Of a stretch of DNA of 64,000 bases, positions 55,232-64,000 are shown piece by piece. The position numbers and the translations under genes were made by a program. Origin of the DNA: Candidatus Wolfebacteria bacterium GW2011_GWE2_44_13 (GTDB taxonomy: Bacteria > Patescibacteriota > Minisyncoccia > UBA6257 > UBA9933); assembly GCA_001000675.1 (NCBI GenBank), contig LCHW01000002.1:69310-133309 (forward strand), given 5' to 3'. How positions within the stretch are numbered: position 1 is the first letter of the stretch; the number at the start of each line of letters is the position of its first letter. The notes beneath the pieces are model-generated. The model had not been told where the DNA came from, ran no database searches, and worked only from the letters and a program-made list of their open reading frames with translations.

Positions 55232-57319
55232 ATGAATACCCGCACAAGAAAGATTGTATATACATCGACTGGTATTGTAATAATAGTAGTAGGAGTTGTC
55301 GTTACACAACAAGGGTTTGCATGGACAAATCCAGCGAGCAACCCACCACTCGGGACGAACACCATAAACATTTCAGGAAGTAAAGTTGGGATAGGAACAA
55401 CAAATCCATTCGGAGTATTTGAATCGTTTACAAATCTCGATATCCCGGCTGTTCGAGGTAATAGCACGGGTGCTTCGGGCGTGGGGGTAAATGGAGAGAG
55501 TACGGCATCCGGAGCGGGAGCGGGCGTTTCGGCAAAGGGATGGAGGGGTGTATATGCGGAGTCAACTGATTTAGTTAATGGATGGGCAGGATATTTTCTC
55601 GGGAGGGGATATTTTAGTGGCAACGTCGGCGTTGGAACGGCAACACTTGATACAAACTATCGCATTACAACGAGCGGGGGAGGTGTAAAAGCAGGGAACA
55701 GTAGTGCAACCCAACCAGCAGGGTATTTTAGTAACGCGGGAGGAGGTCCTGCTATTACTGTGGGAACAGGGGGTATTACACTAGGCGGAGTAAACCAAAC
55801 CGCATGGCCAGTGAGTGCGAGTCAGTGGACGACTTCAGGAGATGATATCTACAAAGCAAATATAGGGAACGTTGGAATCGGAAAAACAAACCCACAAAAT
55901 GCCCTGCATATTTTCACAACGTTACCTGCGGGAGGTCTTGATATTGACGGGACCGCATCTAATTCTATTGTTCGATTTAAGAACAACGGGACATCAAAGG
56001 CGTTTGTTGGCATTGCTAATAGCGCGGGGGCTATTATAAATGGTTCTACTGCTAATGATACCGCAATTAGATTTGATGGTGGTAATTTATTATTTGGATA
56101 TGGAGCAACTGAAGTGGCACGCATAACATCAGGGGGTGATATGGGAATTGGAACGACAGCACCCGAAGCAAAATTGCATGTCGCGGGGAATATTGTTGTA
56201 AACGGAGTAAATATCGGAACAGGGAGTGGTAATATTTCTTCAAACACTGCCGTAGGACTCTATAGCTTATTTGCGAACAGTGGTGGCTATAGTAATAGTG
56301 CATTTGGATCGTCTGCTCTGTTTTCCAATACGTCGGGTATGTATAATACCGCGCTTGGAGGAGGTGCGTTATATTCAAACACCACGGGAGGTTATAATAC
56401 TGCAGTTGGACCAGATACTCTTCGTTTTAATACAACAGGAACATACAATACTGGAGTTGGTTTGGAAGTACTCACGAGCAATACAATTGGCACGGATAAT
56501 ACTGCGATTGGATCGCGTACGCTTCTTTTAAATACTTCCGGAAACCTAAATACCGCGGTTGGTTCAAGAGCACTCTATGCTAATACAGGGAGCTGGAACA
56601 CCGCGGTCGGTGGGTACGCTTTGGACTCGAATACTACGGGTAATTATAATGTTGCGAGCGGATATAATGCACTTACTGCGAATACATTAGGCAGCTTAAA
56701 TACGGCAGTTGGTCCTGGTGCATTGCAATCTAGCATGACTGGGTTAAGTAATACTGCGATTGGACAGAACTCAAATTCAAGCAATACTACGGGGTCATAT
56801 AACGTTTCACTTGGCGCAAGTTCACTTATGTCCAATAGTACCGGATCCAATAATACCGCAGTTGGTTATTTGGCAAACGTGGCGTCTGGTGCTCTTACGA
56901 ATGCAACGGCAATTGGTTACAATGCAATCGTTAACGCAAGTAATAAAGTTCGCATTGGTGGTACGGCAGTAACAGTTATCGAGGGCCAAGTGGGTTGGTC
57001 TATTGGCTCGGATATTCGCCTAAAGCACGACGTCGTAGATAGCGACCTCGGACTAGGATTTATCAATAAATTGCGTCCCGTTTCCTATAAGTTAAATAAT
57101 GGAGACGGCGGATTAAACTACGGATTTATTGCGCAAGAAGTTGAGGCTGCAGTAGGAAAGAAAACGAATATTGTCATGACAGACAATACTCCTGAGATGA
57201 TGAAGACAATGCGCTACACAGACTTGATTGCCCCAATGGTAAAAGCAATTCAGGAACAGCAATTGCAAATAAAAGAGCAAAAAGAGCGAATAGAAAAACT
57301 CGAAGCGCTCATAAAATAA
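55232..57319 (+). CDS. Membrane-anchored fibre protein with YadA-head/Hep_Hag-like NTAVG repeats and a C-terminal peptidase S74 intramolecular-chaperone domain (phage tail-fibre-like).
   Basis: N-terminal TM helix (IVYTSTGIVIIVVGVVV). More than 20 repeats of ..NTAxG..AL..NT.G. C-terminal SDIRLKHDV...GFIAQEVEAAV...DLIAPMVKAIQEQ typical of the S74 IMC domain. Confidence 0.65.
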   Translation: MNTRTRKIVYTSTGIVIIVVGVVVTQQGFAWTNPASNPPLGTNTINISGSKVGIGTTNPFGVFESFTNLDIPAVRGNSTGASGVGVNGESTASGAGAGVSAKGWRGVYAESTDLVNGWAGYFLGRGYFSGNVGVGTATLDTNYRITTSGGGVKAGNSSATQPAGYFSNAGGGPAITVGTGGITLGGVNQTAWPVSASQWTTSGDDIYKANIGNVGIGKTNPQNALHIFTTLPAGGLDIDGTASNSIVRFKNNGTSKAFVGIANSAGAIINGSTANDTAIRFDGGNLLFGYGATEVARITSGGDMGIGTTAPEAKLHVAGNIVVNGVNIGTGSGNISSNTAVGLYSLFANSGGYSNSAFGSSALFSNTSGMYNTALGGGALYSNTTGGYNTAVGPDTLRFNTTGTYNTGVGLEVLTSNTIGTDNTAIGSRTLLLNTSGNLNTAVGSRALYANTGSWNTAVGGYALDSNTTGNYNVASGYNALTANTLGSLNTAVGPGALQSSMTGLSNTAIGQNSNSSNTTGSYNVSLGASSLMSNSTGSNNTAVGYLANVASGALTNATAIGYNAIVNASNKVRIGGTAVTVIEGQVGWSIGSDIRLKHDVVDSDLGLGFINKLRPVSYKLNNGDGGLNYGFIAQEVEAAVGKKTNIVMTDNTPEMMKTMRYTDLIAPMVKAIQEQQLQIKEQKERIEKLEALIK

Positions 57320-57366
57320 CATTAAAATACCGTCAGCCTTGGGCTGACGGTATTTTTTATGTGCAT

Positions 57367-58920
57367 TTAGTCAACCATCAAATCCACTAAACTTTGCGCG
57401 GTCATTTCTTTTGGCTGCGGGATATGCATTAACTGGAGAATAGTCGGAGCAACATCCGCGAGAATGCCGATTGCGGCTTGCTCTGAAGACCGTACCTCAT
57501 CATCACTGCGCTCTCGTTTGTATTCATTCGCAACAAGATAAATCGGAACGGGATTCGCGTCATGCTTTGTTTCAGCTTCTCCTGTGAGCGGATTAACTAA
57601 GCGTTCCATATTGCCATGATCGGATGTGATAATAAGAATAGAGTCTGAAGCAAGCGTTGCCGTAACGACGCGATTGATCATAGCGTCTACAATCTCAACC
57701 GCCTTAATCGACGCATCCATATTGCCAGTATGTGCGATAATATCCGCGTTCGCATAGTTTGTGAGGATGAAATCATAGGCGCGTTCCTCAATTGCCTCAA
57801 CGAGGCGCGTCGTAATTTCTTCGGCGCGCATCTCTGGATGTTCTGCGGGCTTAAACTCTTGCCGAGAAGGAATAAGTACGCGGTACTCACCCTCAAACGG
57901 CGCTTCACGAAGGCCGTTAAAGAAGTAAGTGATGTGGGCATATTTTTCTGTTTCCGCAGTGCGCCACTGCGATTTATTATTATCCGCGAGTACTTTACCA
58001 AGTGGATTGCCGAGTTCTTCGGGTGGGAAGAGCACGGGGATGGCATAGGTAGGATCGTATTCGATAAACGAGCAACAATATAGATTGGAAAAATGCTTAA
58101 CAGGAAAGGCGGTAAATGTGGTATCAGTAAATGCTTTCACAATTTGCTTCATGCGATCTTCGCGGAAGTTGAAAAAGATAACCGCATCATTGTTGTGTAC
58201 AGGACGAGCTGTTTGTCCAACAAGTGTTGGTGCAATGTATTCGTCGTTAAGACCCTTTGCATAAAATTGTTGCGTGTACGCTGTAAGATCAGTAACAAGA
58301 TTGCCTGACTCAGTGATGGCAGTATAGAAAGGTTGAATGCGATCCCAATGATTGTCGCGATCCATACCATAATAGCGCCCGCCGATACTTGCAAGTTGTT
58401 CAGGGTAGGGGAGGCGAGAAAGAAGATGTATCGCCGATTGTGGAGGGCTGTCGCGTCCGTCTGAAATAAGATGCAGCTGCACGCGCTCTTTAGGAAACTG
58501 AATTTGGTCGGCGTATTTCAAGAGTGCTTCAAGATGCTCGAACGATGAATGTACGTTTGCCTCGCCAAGAAGACCGATAATATTAACCGATGAATTATTG
58601 GTGATTGCATGATCAAACGCAGCCTTTAGTACGGGATTAGTAAAAAATACCTTGTCACGAATAGCGAGGGTAATTTTAGGATAGTTTTGGTACACAACTT
58701 TTCCAGCACCCATATTTAAGTGCCCTACTTCGCTATTGCCCTCTTCTCCCCAAGGAAGACCGACGGAAATACCAGAGGCTTGCAAAGTGCCACTGGGGAA
58801 GTTGTGCTTCAAAAAATCAAACGTTTTCGGATTGACGGTGTGGATAGGGTTTGAAAAATCTTTTCGTCCGACACCCCATCCGTCGATAATAACAAGAATT
58901 ACAGTTCTGCGTGTTTGCAT
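57367..58920 (-). CDS. gpmI: 2,3-bisphosphoglycerate-independent phosphoglycerate mutase.
   Basis: MQTRRTVILVIIDGWG start, metalloenzyme motifs (SDGRDSPP..., TSDHGN). Start set at internal ATG 58920. Confidence 0.85.
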   Translation of the reverse strand: MQTRRTVILVIIDGWGVGRKDFSNPIHTVNPKTFDFLKHNFPSGTLQASGISVGLPWGEEGNSEVGHLNMGAGKVVYQNYPKITLAIRDKVFFTNPVLKAAFDHAITNNSSVNIIGLLGEANVHSSFEHLEALLKYADQIQFPKERVQLHLISDGRDSPPQSAIHLLSRLPYPEQLASIGGRYYGMDRDNHWDRIQPFYTAITESGNLVTDLTAYTQQFYAKGLNDEYIAPTLVGQTARPVHNNDAVIFFNFREDRMKQIVKAFTDTTFTAFPVKHFSNLYCCSFIEYDPTYAIPVLFPPEELGNPLGKVLADNNKSQWRTAETEKYAHITYFFNGLREAPFEGEYRVLIPSRQEFKPAEHPEMRAEEITTRLVEAIEERAYDFILTNYANADIIAHTGNMDASIKAVEIVDAMINRVVTATLASDSILIITSDHGNMERLVNPLTGEAETKHDANPVPIYLVANEYKRERSDDEVRSSEQAAIGILADVAPTILQLMHIPQPKEMTAQSLVDLMVD

Positions 58921-59012
58921 ACTGTTTATTGTAATAGAATGCAATGGAGCTGTCGAATTGTGGAACTAGGCTTTACATGTGGTACAATATAGAAAACTAA
59001 AGAAACGAATGT

Positions 59013-59774
59013 ATGAAAAAAACAATAACAATCACAATTATCGCAATCATTGTATTGGTAGGAGTTGGATATGGTGTATGGATGTGGCAAGGGAATCCCG
59101 ATGTAGCGTTGAATGAACAAGCTAGTACATCAACACAACAGGTGAGTGATGAATATGCTGATTGGAAAGTGTATAAAAACGAAACATACGGATTTGAGTT
59201 CAAATATCCCAAGGACTGGGGAATAAAAGAGGAAATTTACAATAGCAATATGGGGGAGGGAGCGTGTGAGACTATTGAGTCGATAGAGCTAATAAATAAA
59301 TCATTAGGCAAGCAAGTCTACGAAGCAGCCCCTCCTGGAGAAAATGTAAATACGTATGTTGAAAAATATGGGAGTGTGCCGATACTGGCGGTTAATGTTA
59401 GAAAAAATGATTGCAACAATGAGAAAAATTTAGGATCACAGGCGAAGGATATTTTAAGTAAGCTTAAAAATGAAGGCGTTAGCTCTCGGCTTGCGGTTGC
59501 TACGGTGAGTCTGCTCCCAGGGTATGGAGAATTAATTTCAGAGAAGCCTAATGTTTGGGAAATGAGAGATGGTTGTCGAGAGAACAATCTGCTAACAGTA
59601 AACGGCAGCAGGGTAATTAAAAGCATTGGTTGCATAGAGGGGGTGGTTCAGAATACATTTGCAACATTCGTGAGTGAGGATAGGTATATAATTCAAATTA
59701 GGGATAGTGCTTCGGAATACGAACGTAGCGGTTATTTTGATAAGATTCTCGCTACGTTTAAACTAACAAAATAA
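59013..59774 (+). CDS. Hypothetical membrane-anchored secreted protein.
   Basis: N-terminal anchor ITITIIAIIVLVGVGYGVWMW. Terminator at 59786..59816. Confidence 0.45.
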   Translation: MKKTITITIIAIIVLVGVGYGVWMWQGNPDVALNEQASTSTQQVSDEYADWKVYKNETYGFEFKYPKDWGIKEEIYNSNMGEGACETIESIELINKSLGKQVYEAAPPGENVNTYVEKYGSVPILAVNVRKNDCNNEKNLGSQAKDILSKLKNEGVSSRLAVATVSLLPGYGELISEKPNVWEMRDGCRENNLLTVNGSRVIKSIGCIEGVVQNTFATFVSEDRYIIQIRDSASEYERSGYFDKILATFKLTK

Positions 59775-59890
59775 GGTAGTGATAAAAAGGCATCCGGAAG
59801 GATGCCTTTTTTGTTGATTGCGCATATGTGAACTAGTGAGAAGTAAGAAAATTTGTTACTATATACACATATAACTAGTGAGAATATTTT

Positions 59891-61459
59891 ATGGATAAGA
59901 CACCATTGAAAAAAGTAAGAATGATGGATATTGTGCGTAAGCAGCCGCAGTCAGAGCGCAAAGAAATAAATCCGCTTTTGCGGAGTGAACAACGCGTTCC
60001 GTTTTCTATTGAAAAAAAAGAAGAGCCACTACGCGCAGAGTTACATGAAGAGCCTGTGAAAATGCATACACATGCAGCTATATCACATACTTCAACAGAA
60101 ACAATAGGCGAGGAACGGTACGAAAAAGAGCTTGTTACTGAGCACGTTCCACCACGCATATTGGAAGAACGCATACCTGCAGAAGCGTCTTCACTAGAAT
60201 TAGATAGGCCAATCGCGTATATTCCGAAGGAAAAGCCATCAAAAGAAGAGAAGAAGATGTTCGAGCGCATCGAAAAGAGGGAGCGCTCACAACGAAAAGA
60301 AAAAGAAGGCTCACGAGGAAAAGGGAAAAGTATTTTTGTGTGGGCAACGTCATGTATCCTGCTCGGCTTAGGTGCGTACATTGCTCTTGCTGTTTTGCCG
60401 CGCGCAGAGATAATGCTTATTGCTAAAAAAGTAGAGTGGGGCTATGCCAATACAATCGGCGCGAATACAAAAATAGCAGAGGTAGATGTGGCTACTCGAC
60501 AAATTCCCGTTGCAGTATTTTTGGAAAAGAAAACAAACTCGTTTAAATTTCCAGCAACTGGAGCGGGGAAGAGCATTGAACGAAAAGCTACGGGGAAAGT
60601 AACAATTTACAACGAGTTTAGTGAAAGTACGCAGCCACTTGTTGCGGGTACGCGATTAGAAACTCCTGATGGGAAAATATTTCGTTTAGTTGAGCGTATA
60701 GTCGTTCCAGGAGCAAAAAAGACTGGAGGAGAGTTTGTCCCAACAGGCATAGAGGCGGACGTAGTAGCAGATAAGGCGGGTGAATCGTACAACATAAGCG
60801 CAGTAAATAAATTTACGATTCCAGGGTTTGCAGGGACTACGAAATTTGACGGCTTCTACGCAAGCTCAAAAGATGCAATGACGGGCGGGTTTATCGGAGA
60901 AGGTAAGTATCCAACCGCAGAAGATATTAAAACAGCAAAAGAAAGTGCAAAGAGTCAGATGCAGGGAGTGATTGAGTCGTTCTTGCAAACGCTAGTGCTC
61001 GATGGATTCAAAACAATAGAAAGTAGCAAAAGATACGCCGTTACCAAGGAAATGGTAAACGAGGCTGTTGATGCAGAGGGGAATTTCTCTGTATATATAG
61101 AAGCCGAAGGAGGTATTGATGCGCTTAAGGAAGAGCATGTATTAGAGCTCATGACCGCTTTAGCACGACAGGTAAACGGAGAAGAATACGTGATAAAGGA
61201 ACACACACTTTCCTATGGAGATATCGCCATAGATGCAAAAGCGGGGACTATATCACTTCCGGTTGATTTTAAGGGAACATTTTGGAAGCCAGTTAATCTG
61301 GAAGAGTTCAAAAGCGCGGTTATGGGGAAGACGCAGGACGAACTAAAAGCATATATATTCAGCTCAACAAGTATAGAGCGAGCCGATGTCGCCTTGTGGC
61401 CAGGATGGGTGCAAAAAGTCCCAACCGACATTGAACGAGTAAAAGTGGAATTGCAGTAA
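59891..61459 (+). CDS. Hypothetical protein with a charged N-terminal region, one TM helix and a large extracytoplasmic domain.
   Basis: 522 aa ORF with TM segment FVWATSCILLGLGAYIALAVL. Terminator at 61466..61495. Confidence 0.45.
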   Translation: MDKTPLKKVRMMDIVRKQPQSERKEINPLLRSEQRVPFSIEKKEEPLRAELHEEPVKMHTHAAISHTSTETIGEERYEKELVTEHVPPRILEERIPAEASSLELDRPIAYIPKEKPSKEEKKMFERIEKRERSQRKEKEGSRGKGKSIFVWATSCILLGLGAYIALAVLPRAEIMLIAKKVEWGYANTIGANTKIAEVDVATRQIPVAVFLEKKTNSFKFPATGAGKSIERKATGKVTIYNEFSESTQPLVAGTRLETPDGKIFRLVERIVVPGAKKTGGEFVPTGIEADVVADKAGESYNISAVNKFTIPGFAGTTKFDGFYASSKDAMTGGFIGEGKYPTAEDIKTAKESAKSQMQGVIESFLQTLVLDGFKTIESSKRYAVTKEMVNEAVDAEGNFSVYIEAEGGIDALKEEHVLELMTALARQVNGEEYVIKEHTLSYGDIAIDAKAGTISLPVDFKGTFWKPVNLEEFKSAVMGKTQDELKAYIFSSTSIERADVALWPGWVQKVPTDIERVKVELQ

Positions 61460-61712
61460 ATAAAAAATCCGCCAAATGGCGGATTTTTTGATCACGAACG
61501 ACAGCATACAAACTGTTTTCCTCTTGTATTTATCTCAATACAGTGTACTATACCTACATACCGCATCACAGTTGCTGCACGAGAAGGTAGGTATTACATA
61601 AAAACCGTAAAAGCGGTGAATTACAGTTGACTCTACATATCAAACGAATATCAATTCGCTTGATAGAGATGGGTTGACTATTCGGCATTTTTAGTCTAAT
61701 ATCTATATCTAC

Positions 61713-61952
61713 ATGCGACCCAGGATGCAACCGAGACAACCAAAGGATCAAGGCAAGTTACTCGTGAGAGGGATTGTTGTTGAATCGCTGCCCGCGACAA
61801 CCTTCCGCGTCAAACTAGAGAAAGGCGAAGAAATCCTTGCGTATCTATCGGGGAAGATGCGGATGCACTATATCAAGATACTGCCTGGCGACACGGTGAC
61901 GCTCGAATTGAGCGAAGACGGCGCGCGAGGGAGAATCGTGAGGAGATTGTGA
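61713..61952 (+). CDS. infA: Translation initiation factor IF-1.
   Basis: S1-like [48 protein letters not shown]...GRIVRR. The true start may be the second ATG at 61725. Confidence 0.85.
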   Translation: MRPRMQPRQPKDQGKLLVRGIVVESLPATTFRVKLEKGEEILAYLSGKMRMHYIKILPGDTVTLELSEDGARGRIVRRL

Positions 61953-61983
61953 GGAATTTACTATTTAACCAATACATAAAAAG

Positions 61984-62100
61984 ATGAAGGTTCGAGCTTC
62001 AGTTAAAAAAATTTGTAAAGATTGTAAATCCGTACGCCGACAAGGCCGCGTATTTATCATCTGCAAGAAAAATCCAAAGCATAAACAGCGCCAAGGATAA
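61984..62100 (+). CDS. rpmJ: 50S ribosomal protein L36 (not in the ORF track).
   Basis: [38 protein letters not shown]. 38 aa with the L36 zinc-ribbon pattern. Confidence 0.85.
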   Translation: MKVRASVKKICKDCKSVRRQGRVFIICKKNPKHKQRQG

Positions 62101-62115
62101 TAATTATTCAATACC

Positions 62116-62499
62116 ATGCGATTAGTCGGTGTAAACATTCCAGATAATAAGAGGGTAGAGTATGCGTTGACATACATTCACGGCATCGGAAAGACTTCCT
62201 CAGATGCTATTTTGGCTGCAACAGGAATCCCTGCTGATAAAAAAGCAAAGGATTTGACGCCAGAAGAGATGAAGAAGATTCAAGAATATGTTGAAAAGAA
62301 CTGCAAGGTCGAAGGTGAATTGCGACAGGTAATCAAAACAAACGTTGCTCGATTGAAGGAAATCAATTGTTACCGAGGAACTCGGCACATGAAGAAGCTT
62401 CCAACACGCGGACAGCGAACGAAAACCAATTCGCGAACAGTACGAGGAAACGTACGTAAGACTGCGGCAAGTGGAAAGCGTAAGTCATCATTGAAGTAA
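62116..62499 (+). CDS. rpsM: 30S ribosomal protein S13.
   Basis: MRLVGVNIPDNKRVEYALTYIHGIG...CYRGTRH..LPTRGQRTKTN. Confidence 0.9.
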   Translation: MRLVGVNIPDNKRVEYALTYIHGIGKTSSDAILAATGIPADKKAKDLTPEEMKKIQEYVEKNCKVEGELRQVIKTNVARLKEINCYRGTRHMKKLPTRGQRTKTNSRTVRGNVRKTAASGKRKSSLK

Positions 62500-62516
62500 T
62501 CTAAACTCCTCTAACT

Positions 62517-62972
62517 ATGGGTAAGAAAAAAGTCATAAAACAAACTGAAGCGCAGGTGTTGAAAGAAAGTGACACCCTTGAGAAGACCATGACCAAGGTC
62601 TCTGGAAAAGGAGGGGGATCACGCAAGATCGAAGCAGGTAAGGTATATATCAATGCTACGTATAACAACACGTTGATTACCGTTACCAATAAAGGTGGCG
62701 ATGTTATCGCATGGGTCTCTGCCGGAAGCCTTGGTTTTGCAGGACCGAAAAAGGCAACCCCGTTTGCTGCCTCAAAAGCAGTTGCAGCGTTGGTTGAAAA
62801 ATTGAAGAAAGTCGGTTTGACCGAAGTCGAAGTAGTTGTAAAGGGTGTTGGTTCGGGTCGCGATTCCGCAATTCGATCATTCGCAACACAAGGGTTCAAC
62901 ATTACATCTGTTAAAGATGTAACACCGATTCCGCACAACGGACCTCGTCCAAAGAAACCGCGCAGAATCTAA
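62517..62972 (+). CDS. rpsK: 30S ribosomal protein S11.
   Basis: ...YINATYNNTLITVTNKGGDVIAWVSAGSLGFAGPKKATPFAA... Confidence 0.9.
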   Translation: MGKKKVIKQTEAQVLKESDTLEKTMTKVSGKGGGSRKIEAGKVYINATYNNTLITVTNKGGDVIAWVSAGSLGFAGPKKATPFAASKAVAALVEKLKKVGLTEVEVVVKGVGSGRDSAIRSFATQGFNITSVKDVTPIPHNGPRPKKPRRI

Positions 62973-63014
62973 TCACTCGCATTTAGCATATAACATTTTA
63001 CTTTTAAAGAACTT

Positions 63015-63629
63015 ATGATGGGTCCAAAAGAAAAAAAAGAACGGGCACTAGGAGTGCACCTCTTCCTCAAGGCAGAGCGATGCAACTCCGAAAAGTGCGC
63101 ATTGATCCGACGACCATATCGTCCGGGTGTGCACGGGAAATCCCGCAGAAAGCAGCTATCCGAATACGGTCTACAGCTCGCTGAAAAGCAAAAAATCATG
63201 TTTAGCTATGGCCTAAGAGAAAAGGCTATGGAACGCATCTTCACCGAAGCGTTGCATAAAAAGGAAGCTATTACGACAACAATCGTAAATCTCCTTGAGC
63301 GACGACTTGATAACGTAGTATTTCGCATGGGGCTTGCTCCATCGCGCATTACCGCAAGACAGTACGTAAGCCATGGTCACATCTTGGTAAATGGACGACG
63401 CGTAACTATCCCGTCTTTTCAGGTAAAAGCGGGGGAGGTGATTGCGGTACGGGAAAAGTCAAAGACTTCACCGTTGTTTAAAGATCTTGCAGAAAATCTT
63501 AAGAAATATGACACTCCAGTTTGGCTTCAGCTCGACAGGGAGAAGCTCGAAGGAAAGGTAAAATCTCTTCCATTCGACGTTGAAATTCCTTTTGATATTA
63601 ACTTGGTCGTTGACTTCTACTCAAAATAA
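63015..63629 (+). CDS. rpsD: 30S ribosomal protein S4.
   Basis: N-terminal zinc-binding region (CNSEKCALIRRPY), S4 domain (LERRLDNVVFRMGLAPSRITARQYVSHGHILVNGRRV). Confidence 0.9.
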   Translation: MMGPKEKKERALGVHLFLKAERCNSEKCALIRRPYRPGVHGKSRRKQLSEYGLQLAEKQKIMFSYGLREKAMERIFTEALHKKEAITTTIVNLLERRLDNVVFRMGLAPSRITARQYVSHGHILVNGRRVTIPSFQVKAGEVIAVREKSKTSPLFKDLAENLKKYDTPVWLQLDREKLEGKVKSLPFDVEIPFDINLVVDFYSK

Positions 63630-63644
63630 TCATTTTTCTTTTCT

Positions 63645-64000
63645 ATGGAATATACACGATTAAGCGAGTCAGTAAAAATCAATACGATATCGGAAACTGA
63701 TACAGAAGGTGTGTTCGAAATCGAAGGGTTGTACTCGGGCTATGGTCTAACCGTTGGAAACTCATTGCGCCGCGTGTTGCTGTCATCGCTTCCAGGTGCG
63801 TGTGTAACACAGATAAAGATCAAGAACGTAAAGCACGAATTTACAACAATCGATGGCGTTATGGAGGACATCGTTGAGCTCGCGCTTAACATGAAGAATG
63901 TACGCTTCGCATTGCACACCGATGAACCACAGTTACTCACCCTCGACGTAAAAGGAGAGAAAGAAGTAACTGCAGGGGATATCAAAACAAACGCACAGGT
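63645..64000 (+). CDS. rpoA: DNA-directed RNA polymerase alpha subunit, N-terminal part (3'-truncated by window edge).
   Basis: MEYTRLSESVKI...GYGLTVGNSLRRVLLSSLPGA. Confidence 0.85.
   Translation, partial: MEYTRLSESVKINTISETDTEGVFEIEGLYSGYGLTVGNSLRRVLLSSLPGACVTQIKIKNVKHEFTTIDGVMEDIVELALNMKNVRFALHTDEPQLLTLDVKGEKEVTAGDIKTNAQ

Noticed and set aside
1-64000. tRNA or rRNA genes
   Set aside because: Scanning the intergenic regions found no cloverleaf-compatible sequence with a GTTC(G/A)A T-loop and no rRNA-like stretches. None is reported.

Overview
This 64 kb window is low-GC bacterial chromosomal DNA of roughly 45% GC by eye. I found no rRNA, tRNA or CRISPR array. Gene content and style suggest a reduced-genome, possibly Patescibacteria/CPR-like, lineage: a short SMC, a polA without 3'-5' exonuclease, pilin-based fibres and many small hypothetical surface proteins. 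This lineage call is inference only.

Core housekeeping genes found, in order:
- pnp (3' part), rpsT, ruvA, a Mur ligase (murE-like), recO, glyQS
- frr, rseP, pilB, a KH protein plus rpsP, smc, rnc, nusB, rpmF, ruvB, yidC-jag, polA
- eno and gpmI
- the canonical infA-rpmJ-rpsM-rpsK-rpsD-rpoA block (rpoA 3'-truncated by the window edge)

Several compositionally or structurally distinct accessory segments sit between these:
1. A GC-rich three-gene island between murE and recO (6.1-7.5 kb).
2. A 2.75 kb cassette bounded by a perfect 50 bp direct repeat (11.5-14.3 kb). It holds a GC-rich hypothetical gene, an orphan substrate-binding protein and a TrmB-type regulator with a large palindromic operator.
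3. A tandem array of six independently transcribed, GC-rich pseudo-receiver (REC-fold) genes lacking the phospho-acceptor Asp (33.2-36.1 kb).
4. An smc-rnc intergenic island (38.4-40.8 kb). It carries ATTCCC-N8-GGGAAT palindromic repeats, two pairs of small paralogous genes with conserved promoters and N-terminal peptides, and one frameshifted copy.
5. A candidate ~215 nt structured ncRNA with its own consensus promoter and intrinsic terminator (29.65-29.87 kb).
6. A gene inserted after jag that carries a relic copy of the jag 3' end.
7. Two large fibre-like surface proteins flanking eno. One has a type IV pilin N-terminus. The other has YadA-head-like repeats and a peptidase S74 intramolecular-chaperone C-terminus.

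All calls rest on reading the six-frame translations and the DNA by eye. No database search was run.
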